NCBI GenBank assembly: GCA_012295275.1
Contig: CM022668.1
Location: forward strand, 11,718,001-11,782,000
Direction: 5' to 3'
DNA: 64,000 bases
DNA from: Chrysomallon squamiferum
Taxonomy: Eukaryota; Animalia; Mollusca
The notes under the pieces are model-generated. The model had not been told where the DNA came from and searched no databases. It saw only the letters and a program-made list of their open reading frames with translations. Positions 16,701 through 28,000 of the stretch are shown piece by piece. Position 1 is the stretch's first letter. Every line of letters starts with the position of its first letter. The position numbers and the translations under genes are program-made.

Positions 16701-19700
16701 CAAGAACCACATTTCCCATTTCACAATCAAAATGTTTTAACAGCTTATTTATATATGACCTTTTCCACAAAACTTTTTTGGCTGGATGTCTGACCTTACA
16801 GAATTGTATTATTATGCTTATTTCAGTTGAACCAAATTAGCATAGAACAGTGATTCCATTTTATTTTCTTCTTTTTTGTTTTTTGTTTTTTTGCCTTCTT
16901 TCTTCAAGCCATTTTACTTTCACAGCTTATATTGTTAGTATATATATATCTGCACAAGCCACAACTCTGTTAAATTAATTTTGTATTTTATTTTAATAAC
17001 ATAAATCCTTTTCTTTTTCCTTTCAGAACTGTATCTCTCCTTGCTCTAGAACTGAGAACAATATTTACCCTATCAATATATTTTGTTTTATTTGTTGCTG
17101 ATATGCATGCAAATTCATTTTTTTCCATTCCATGTATATGTATCTGTACATAAGATATATATTAACCTTTCAGTTAGCCTGTAGCCTGTTACATGTTATT
17201 AGCCTTCAGCACTATCATTATCTTAAGTATTAAAAACAGCAGAATTCAAACTGGCAAATGAAAACATATTTATGAAACATGATGTATAATAATTTATATG
17301 TCTGAACATAGACTTGCTTTTGCCTGAGACAAGCATCTTAATTGTCAAAGAAATTAAAACTGATTCATTGATAAGACATAGTTAATTTTCTAGGTTACTT
17401 AACATTTTTGTGAAATAAAATAACAATTAGAATGTTCTTTTTTCCACTTTGTGCAGTGATGAAAAATTAGCAATTTCATATAGTATTCTCGTCAAAAGTT
17501 CTATCTGTATCACTTTGCAAATTGATGTTTCAGTTGTTTTATTCTGCATTCAAAATTTTCAATAACTTTTTTCAAATCAACAGAATCATATAATTCTTTT
17601 TATTTCTTTCATAGTGTTAAATGTTGAACATATTTTGAACTTAAAGACAAATATGATTAATGTTTATTTCCAATGTTTAATCTTTCAGCTCAACCAACAC
17701 CTAAACCAAGAACACCAGGTGCTTTGCCTGTTATTTTTATTTTTATTTTTTATTTAATTTTTTAACTTGTAATGTGAATTAATTACTTAGCAGAAATAAA
17801 GTAAAATAAAAATTAAGAAACAAGATAGATGGTAGATGTTTCAGTATTATCAACATATCTGTTTAGAAAACAGGTATTTATACATCAGTTTGTTTTTGAT
17901 TGCTAGTGAGGTTTTGTAGTTTATTGGTGAAATTTTCTTCATATTTATTTACTTACTTAATAGTTTACTAGAAAACAAAACGACATAATTAAAATGTGTT
18001 CATATTTAAGATAACCTACAATAATCAATTCAAAACAAAAGGATATCATGATTATTATAACCAAGGCGCTGGTATAGTGACTTTAAAATCTTTGACACCA
18101 TTGTTATCAAAAATGTCTTTCGTCAATTTAGTTTGTATTTAATTTTTATTGACACCTGATTTCCTTACAGTCTCTAAAGATTCAGGCTATGATATAGTCT
18201 TTATGCTTGATGGCACTGTTGATAACAGAATCTTCAAATGGATGACTGATTTCACTAAAAATTACGTATCACAAATGGACATTGATTCTGGTGACTATCG
18301 TGTTGGAGCTATGACATTCACCAGATCACAGAATCTAGGATTCAACTTGAATGACTATGACTTCCAGAGCGATGTCTTGAATGCTGTAGATACCAGCTTA
18401 CAGAACAGACGAGGAGGCAGACCAGATCTTGGATCAGCATTTAATTATGTTCAAAATTCCATGTTCACACCTAGCAATGGCGACAGACCAAAAGCCAAAA
18501 ATTTTGTTGTCATGATGACTGGCAATGAGAGGAGCTTAAACAGCGATGCAGCCATTAATGCAGCAAACAAACTGAAAGATGCTGGCTTTGGTGTGTTCAC
18601 CGTTGGCTTGAATCTGAGAGACACAAATGAAATTGACAAAGTCTCTTCCAAACCACTTTCTCAGTATCAGTATTTGATTAACAGTGAGGCAGATATGCAA
18701 GAGTTACCAGGAACCCTTGGATTTCAGCTGGAGAGAGGTATAATAGAGGGTTGATCAGCAAAATATACCCATCTTCATCCTTGCACAACCTCCAGAACCA
18801 CGTTTCCCATTTCACAATCAAAATGTTTTAACAGCTTATCTATGTACGATCTTTTCCAAAAATCTTATTGGCTGTATTCCTTGCTTTTTAAATTTTTACT
18901 GCTATGCCTATTTCATTTGAACCAAATTACAGTATGCTTTATTCTCATTACTTTAATGATGAAGAATGATTGCTTTTATTAAATTTTTTATTTTATATAT
19001 ATATGTGTATATATTTTACTGCTTTCTTTGTCTTGTTACACTGCTTTACTGGAAATGTTCTAATCACTTGTCACTTTAATTTCCTGTACAGAGCACATCC
19101 CAGTCAGATTCAATTATTATTTCACTGTCATTAATAAATATATTCAATTTCTTTTCCTTTCAGATTATGATGAATGATATCACCATTCCATGTAGAGAGA
19201 ATAGTCTTTTATTTTCAATTTATTTTTTATTTCAGTGTGTTTAGTTTTAGTTAGGGCTAATAATTATGCATGCAAATATAATGCAACAATTCCTTGTATG
19301 TATTCATAATTTCTTTCCTGAGAAATATATTTGTTACATCTCCCACATTATAATAATTTTTTGGCTTTTAGTTTTATTGTTGTGATTTCAAAGTTTAATG
19401 CATCAACAGTAAAAGAAAATAAAAATGAAAAAATATTTTAGCTGAATGTAATTTTTCTGAATATAATTTATATCTTCATTTAGTGGTTGTTTCTCTGAAA
19501 TAAATTATATGTATTAAAAGAAAATAAAACTTTTTCTTTCTTTCTTAAGGACCCAACAAAATTAATTAGGTCTATTTTCTCATGTTTTCCTTAAAGATTC
19601 TAATAAAATCCTACAATTGTTTATTTTAGGTATCTGGAGATAATATAATACCAACATTCTATAATAGAGAAAACAAATATGAAATGATCTTTCTAAGCAT

Positions 19701-22700
19701 TTGTGGATGTTATACAATTTTGGTATTTTAGTTTTTTCTAATTTGTGTTTTGAGAAGAGTGAAGAAACAATAAAATATTTATATTTTCACTAAATGGTGT
19801 TTGAATAATTGGTTTAAATTTCTAATAAATGAAATTAATCTTTGTTTCAAATTTTCATTCTTTTCAGCTCAACCAACTCCTAAACCAAGAACACCAGGTG
19901 CTTTTCTTTAAAATACTTTGACTTACCTATAAACAGAACATTAAACACTATGATTAAAATAAAGTGAAACATGATAAAAGCAATTCATGATTGATATTTC
20001 AATTGTTATCCACCAATATAAATTAGGAAAAGTTGAAGTAACAATTTGTAGATATTTAAAAGGTTGTTTTTATGTTTTCACTTTTCATAAATTAAAAGCT
20101 AAAAGTATGTTTATCAAATGTTTTATATATTCAGGGTGGTACTTGTTCAGTATTGGTGAAATTTCCTTGATTCTACTTAATTATTTAAAAATAATAAATA
20201 AACATGATAACCAAGAGCAAATACGAGTATTCTCCATATTCCATTTACTCAGAATCAAGACCACAAGAACAAAGAAATATATGTATGAAAATGTATCAGG
20301 GTCCAATCTTTCTTTCTTTTATAGATATTATATATTTACCATACATTTTTAAAATCATTTGTAAAAGTTGTTAGCAGATTTTAGCATTGATTCAGTTTTT
20401 CCATTTTTTTAAATTTAATTTTAATAAAAACCTGCTTTGCTTACAGTCTATAAAGATTCAGGCTATGATATAGTCTTTATGCTTGATGGCACTGTTGATA
20501 ACAGAATCTTCAAATGGATGACTGATTTCACTAAAAATTACGTATCACAAATGGACATTGATTCTGGTGACTATCGTGTTGGAGCTATGACATTCACCAG
20601 ATCACAGAATCTAGGATTCAACTTGAATGACTATGACTTCCAGAGCGATGTCTTGAATGCTGTAGATACCAGCTTACACAACAGACGAGGAGGCAGACCA
20701 GATGTTGGATCAGCATTTAATTATGTTCAAAATTCCATGTTCACACCTAGCAATGGCGACAGACCAAATGCCAAAAATTTTGTTGTAATGATGACTGGCA
20801 ATGAGAGGAGCTTAAACAGCGATGCAGCCATTAATGCAGCAAACAAACTGAAAGACGCTGGCTTTGGTGTGTTTACCGTTGGCTTGAATCTGAGAGACAC
20901 AGATGAAATTAACAAAGTCTCTTCCAAACCACTTTCTCAGTATCGGTATTTGATCAACAGTGAGGCAGATATGCAAGAATTACCAGGAACTCTTGGATAT
21001 CAGCTGGAGAGAGGTATAGAAACAGTTATCTTTTTAAGCATGGATCCCAGATCCTGGAGAATTTTCTAGATTCATAATCCCCCTTCTAATCTTTTCAGAG
21101 GAAGAAACACATTTCTTTACAAACCATTTGAATTACAGTGTCAAAAGCTGTAAAAGTTCTCTAAGTAAATTTAACTCCTCTTAATAGTAAATTAAAAATT
21201 CAGGATACATTTCAGCCTTGTTAATTATATTGCTATATTGCATATAGCTGATTTAAATTTTAGTTTAAGCCTGATTGTTTGATCTCAATAGAAGCTCAGT
21301 TCAAACTTTTAAGCCTTCTAATTTCCATCAAATTGCTTATTTTTGTATATTTCATAATTTTTAAATATAATTCCATTAATTCTGTTAATGAATTTTTGGA
21401 CTTTTCTAGCTTTTTTCAAGAAGAATTTTATTATTTTTTTATTTTATTTTTTTATTTTGATTTGCAGCCAGGCCAACTCCTCGTCCAGCAACAGGTCAAG
21501 CTTATATATTTTTCCTTTTACTCATTGCTGTCCATGTTATGTAGATTCCCTCAACTCCCAGAACCTTTCCATTTATCTTCTTTACAGTTTGCTTCTGAAA
21601 TCATACCTATCACATTATATGTTATATCCCCCTGTTTTAAACACATCTTCACATTTAAAAAGAAAAAAAAAAAATATAAGAATTTTTTTTTTTTTGCTTG
21701 CACAAAAACCCTACCCATTGCATAGTCTTAAAAATATCCTTTGTTACAGATACACCTTTCAGTTTAATACAGTTTTATATCAAAGCAGATCTTACCTATC
21801 ATCTCATAGATATATATATTTCAGTTTATTTGCAGTTTGTGTAAAACCTTGCCTTGATATCTTGTCATATATATATATGCCTTTTAGTTTTGTTACAGTT
21901 TATGTCAAACTAGACTGCATATTATGTCATAGATATATATCTTTTAGTTTACTTGCTGTTTATGTGAATCATTACCTTGCATGTCATATTTTATTTCTTT
22001 GCTTTAAGTCCACAATTAAATTTATGTAATTTATATAATTTACATAAAGAACCTTACCTAGTATATTACATTTATTATATATAGGTTTTTTCCAAGTTTC
22101 TTATAGATTTTAGCAAATGCTTACCTAATTTACTACATTCCTTAATTTACCAGGATTTTATTATCTTTTTAAGTTACCTTTCTTACAGTCTGTACAAATA
22201 TCTTACCTAACTCACAAGTATATTTATTTTCACCATGTTTTTATTACTTTTTCAAGTTACTTGAATTATAAACTTACCTAATGCACTATGTTCCTAACAG
22301 TAATATACCCATGATTTCATTATACTTTTTCAAGTTAAGTTTCTTGTAGATTTTACCATAATTTAATCTATTGTACTTTGTTTACATAATTTCACCACCA
22401 CTTTTTTCAATTAGATTTCATACAGATTATTATACATCAAAAGCTTTTCCTTGGCATATTTAAAATAGACCTTTTAAGTTATTTTACATAAATTTTTAAT
22501 CCATAGCAAAGAATTTTTAATAATAGTAAAGTATTCAAATCAAAAATATAAATTATCACTTAAAATATTATCTAAACATATTTGATTAAACTAGTGCAAT
22601 GAAGACCTTCAGAAAGATAAAACCAATGATACATTTTTTTTTATATATTATTATTTCTTTTCATTTGTAAATTATTAATATGTAATTGCATAGTTTAACA

Positions 22701-24965
22701 TATAAATTTATTTCCCATAAATACATATAATAGTTATCTTACATAATTTAAAATGTAATTTCTTTATTGTGTTTGAATTACAGTGGCTCCAACTTCTCCA
22801 AGAACCACAGGTGTTTATTAATATTCATTATTTTGTTACCTTGATTTAACTTGAAGTATGTACATGATAATTAAAGATTTAAATAATAGTGAAGATCATC
22901 AACAATATATACCCATAGACTGTTTTCTAGAATATGTAAATACTCTGTGAATATCTGTGACAGCAACATATGTCTATTATTTAGTTGTGTATTTTTTTAA
23001 TCACACCAAATACATGCAAAACTGTTTTTGTGTTCATAAAATAAGACACTAAATGAAATTATAAAATATTACCAAATGATTAAAAACAGTAATGTGTGAG
23101 GAATAATATTTTCAGTTTGATAAAAGCAATAAAATAACAGACACTGAAATATGATTAAAATGATCAGATGGTGATAACTATAACACAGGAGTGAAAATAT
23201 TTCCAAATGATTAAAACAGAGAAGATACTTCCCACTAATAAAGGTAAAACGTTTCAAATTTCAATGTGTACTAATGTTTCCTTTCGCCAGCATACATGGA
23301 CACAGGCTACGACATTGTTTTTATGTTGGACGGGACAACCAACGACAGAATCTTTAAATGGATGAAAGATTTCACCAAAAATTACGCTTCTCAGATGAAC
23401 ATCGACTCGGGAGAGTACCGGGTGGGTGGCATGACCTTCACCAGATACCCATCCGTCGGTTTCAACCTCAACGACTATGGCTGGCAGGCTGGTGTTGTGA
23501 ATGCTGTTGATAAAAAGCTGAAGAACAGGCCAGGAGGAGATCCCAACTTTGCCTCAGCGTTTGACACAGTCAGACAGAACATGTTCACGAGGTCCAATGG
23601 TGACAGGCCAAATGCTAAAGACTTTGTTGTCCTGATGACAGCCAATGAAAGAAAACTCAATGACCCGGATACACATGCTGCTGCTAACAGACTGAAGGAT
23701 GCTGGGTTTGGTTTGTTCACTGTTGGTGTGAACCTGAGGGACACGAGAGGAATTGATGAAGTGTCTTCAAAACCACTAGACGCCTATCAGTATCTGATAA
23801 ACGATGAATCTGGAATGTCTGAGCTGCCAGGAATATTAGATTATCAACTTAGACAAGGTAGTAACATCCATGATGACCTCACTAGCCTCTTCAGTCTGCC
23901 TGGAATGAATTCCGGATCTAGGATCTAGTGTAATCATATTAGCCTATCCCAGATCCAGTGCAATGTCGTTACCCTATTCCAGATCCAGTGTAGTCACATT
24001 AGCCTATCCCAGATCCAGTGTAATATTTCTTGAATGTTTAAGACTTTTATTTCTATCCCAGTGGATGTTAAACCTTCCCCAATTTTATCAGCTTGTATCT
24101 TATTCATGTTATGTTTGAGATGTAACTAAAGATATGCTGGCATTGATAAAACACCTCTGTCCCCTTCACTATGTAATTATTTAATGCATGTTATTTTTCT
24201 GTAATTATTTTGAATTCCTAGGTTCATATATTTTTTTTTTTTTCAAATGTAATTAAAGATCTGCTTTCTTTCACAAAGCACTTTATCTTCTCCACCATGC
24301 AGTTATTTTATGCATGTTTGTTTTTTGTTATTATTTTGAGCGTCTTTTATTTTACATTTCGTAGCAGCTTGTACCTTACATATTTTGCATTTCAGATATG
24401 ATTCATTATCCGTTTCCTTTCCCAAAGCCCTTTGTCCCATTACCATTCAATGTTTGCTTGTGTTTATTTTCCTTTATTTTAATTCTCTACAATTATTGTA
24501 AATTCCATTTATATTTGTTTTCATTTTCAGCAATGAGCTATTGTTTGCATCCATATTGCACAGCTTCACCTAACAAATGTACCTAGTACAGTTCTTTTTA
24601 TTTCTCTTTCTGAAGCATTTTGGTTTGAATTGTCTGCATCCTGTGTAATTTGTTCTTTTTAATGTGCATGTATCTACATTTATTTTTCAGAAATCATGTA
24701 TGTTTAATTTCACACCAATTTTGTTTTAAATCATTAAATCATAACTAGATACATTTGATATACCATTTATGTATGGTTTAGCATTTTATTTTAAATAATC
24801 ATGCCTATTATTTTATATTTTAATTTCAGATTTGGATCTACAGTTTCTTAATCAGTAGATTATTTGGCATGTTTATGATGGTTTTTTCTTTGGGGGGGGT
24901 TGTATGTATATGTGTACTGTTTTTTATTTTGTAATAATTCTTTTTTCATTTGTATATTTATATAT

Positions 24966-25000
<35 letters not shown>

Positions 25001-28000
25001 TTTTGATAATTGTTCTGTTTGATATCTGTTTATATAGGTAAATTATTTGGATTTTATATTATACTATTAAAGGGAGTTTTTCTGTTCAGTGTATGTAGCA
25101 ATCAGTGATTAATATTTGCTTGAATGTGTGTATGTGTTTAAAAAGTGGAAAAAGCAATGTATCAAATTTTATTGGAATATAAATATTTAACAAAAATAAT
25201 AATAATAATAATAATTTGTATTAAATGTATTTTTACTAACATGCAGCTCGACCAACAAGGAGACCAACACCCCCATCCACCACTACACGTAAGCTAATTT
25301 ATGTTTTTTGTATTTCATGTAAAACTTAGTCTTTTTTATTAATTTATGTTTCTTGTATTCCATGTAAAACTTAGTCTTTTTTATTAATTTATGTTTCTTG
25401 TATTTCATGTAAAACTTACTAATTTTGTTTTCATTATTATTATTATTATTATTTTTTTTTTTTTGTTACCATTGTTATTGTACATACACATTACTTTCTT
25501 TGTAAATCAGTGCAAAAACAAAATGAAGACAGATGGTTATGAACATTTCAACAATTTTAATTATTTATGTTTTATTTATTTTAAATAATTGTAATAATTA
25601 CTATATATATATTTTTTTTTTTTTTTCAGCACCACCAAGAACAACAGGTATGTTTTATATATATATAGTTTTACTTATATTTTTATTGTTGGTGTTGCTA
25701 TGATGATTGTGATTATGCTTATTGTTGCTGTTGTTTCTGCTTTATTATTACAGTTTCTGTTTATAATATTATTTCTATTATTATTAGTAGTAGTAGTATT
25801 GTCATTACCATTATTATTATTGTTGTTATTATTATTATTGTTATTATTATTACTATTACTATTATTTTTGTTATTATCTTATTATTATTATTATTATTTG
25901 TTATTATCATTGTTAGTATTATTATTATTATTATAATTTTTTATTATTATTATTATTATTATTTGTTACTGTCATTGTTAGTATTATTATTACTATTATT
26001 ATTATAATTTATTATCTTATTATTGCTATTATTATTATTATTATTATTATTTGTTACTGACATTATTACTATTATTATTATAATTTATTATTATTCTTGT
26101 TATTTTTATTATTATTATTTGTTACTGACATTGTTAGTATTATTATTATTATTATTTCTTTCAGCTTACATGGACACAGGCTATGACGTAATCTTCATGC
26201 TGGACGGAACAGTAAATCAACAGATATTTGGCTGGATGACCGGCTTTGTGCGAAACTTCGCTTCCGAGATGAACATCGACACAGGCGAGTACCGCGTTGG
26301 TGGCATGACCTTCACACGAACTCCCCGCATCAGCTGGCAACTGAAGGACTTCGGTTTCCAAGACGACGTCATCAATGCCGTAGGGTCCAAGATGACCAAT
26401 CGACCGGGAGGACAACCTGATTTGGCCAGAGCTTTCGACACAGTCCGTGGCCAGATGTTTACTCGTCGCAACGGTGACCGCCCCAATGCCAGGAACTTCA
26501 TCGTGATGATGACAGCCAAAGACAGAAGTCTTAATCCACAAGCTACTTACCGTTCAGCAGACAGGTTGAAACACAGAGGTGTTGGCATCTACACTATTGG
26601 ATTTAATTTGGCAGACACCACAGAACTCGATGCGGTTTCAACACTTCCTCTGGACGACTACCGGTATTTGATCAATGATCCATCAGAGCTTTCCGAGTTA
26701 CCTGGCATTCTTAATTACAAACTCAGATCAGGTGTGTGGATAATGTTCACATGTGTTAATGTATCTCAAAAATTGTAGTTATACTATGAGAATACGTAAT
26801 GTATTATAAAAAATAATAGTAATATTCAGAACTGGTTTTGATCAGTATTTTTAGTTGGATAAGGCAGCCAATAAAAGTAATAATAAAGTTAGTTGAGGAT
26901 TTTTAGTTGGATAAGAAAATTTATGAAAATAGTAATATATTATTAAAAAGAAGAATGATTGTTACATATTAATCTGTCAAAATAATAATGCATGTGTATT
27001 ATAAGAATAAAAATAAACGGAGAACTGGTAATTAAACAGTATTATTAGTTACACTAAAGTAGCTATACAATTAACAATATGCTGTAAAAATAATAGTATT
27101 CTAAAAAAATAAATAGGAAAACAAGTAAACTCAGGTATAAGAAGTGATTCATGTCTCATACTTATTTAAAATAGAATATGCATCAAATTACAATATTCAG
27201 TTATATTACTATAAGTTGAGATATAAGGAATTAATAGTTTATAAAACCCAATAATAAAATGATACATATTCATATCTGCCAGTTACTATAAAAGGTCCAT
27301 GTCCTTGAACAAATTAAAAGAGAAAATACATGAAACATTTGTAATTCTAAGAAGCGGTTGTTAAAAAATAAAAATAGTTTAAAATATTATATTCAATATT
27401 TATTTATTAATTACGTATTTCAAATATTCATTCATTCATTCATTCATTTATTCCAGCTCCAATTCCACCAACTCCTACTCCATCAACCCGACGCCCAACC
27501 CCACCAAGAAGGACACGCCCAACAACTCCAAGACCATCACCCAAGATATATGTTGAACCTCCCACAGGTAACTTTTAAACTGATATTTATTATCTCTAAA
27601 TTGTACTCTATTATAAGTTATTTTTATTTAATTTCACTAGACTGTATGACAACTGAACCATATTGTAATAATTGTTTTTATTTAATTTTATCAAACTGTA
27701 CATCAGCTGAACTGTATTATAATAATTATTTTTATTTAATTTTATCAAACTGTACATCAGCTGAACTGTATTATAATAATTATTTTTATTTAATTTTATC
27801 AAACTGTACATCAGCTGAACTGTATTATAATAATTATTTTTATTTAATTTTATCAAATTGTATTATAATCATTATTTTTACTTTATTTTGTCAAACTGTA
27901 CATCAGCTGAACTATTAAAAAAATTATTTTTATTTAATTTCAATAGATAATTGAACTATATTATAATTATTATTTTTATTTAATTTTATCAAACTGTACA

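Larger units (their letters stand above)
9635..21013 (+). repeat. Intragenic tandem array of six vWA exon units with 30-nt linker exons between them; periods 2245, 2095, 2090, 2106, 2276 bp
   Basis: Six almost identical 567-nt exons and five almost identical 30-nt exons; introns of units 2-4 are near-identical, and those of units 1 and 5 resemble each other. Confidence 0.95.

Noticed and set aside
9915-20927. Six repeated minus-strand 66-aa ORFs (MEETLSISF...) and other antisense ORFs over vWA exons
   Set aside because: Shadow frames of the duplicated sense exons with no independent signals.
9635-21013. Reading the array as separate single-exon genes, or as a CRISPR-like repeat-spacer system
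   Set aside because: Each unit has splice sites in phase with its neighbours and no start codon or signal peptide; the spacers are homologous introns in eukaryotic DNA.
9635-21013. Dscam-like mutually exclusive exon cluster
   Set aside because: Each vWA copy has its own linker exon, introns are long enough for serial inclusion and copies are nearly identical; no docking/selector pairing seen. Skipping remains possible.
21388-22029. 213-aa ORF
   Set aside because: Intron sequence with degenerate repeats, F/Y/L/I-biased, no domain signature, and in a different frame from the 21468 microexon.
24396-24586. Pro-rich ORF ([16 protein letters not shown]) after a ttcag
   Set aside because: No phase-compatible donor; composition unlike the Thr/Arg linkers.
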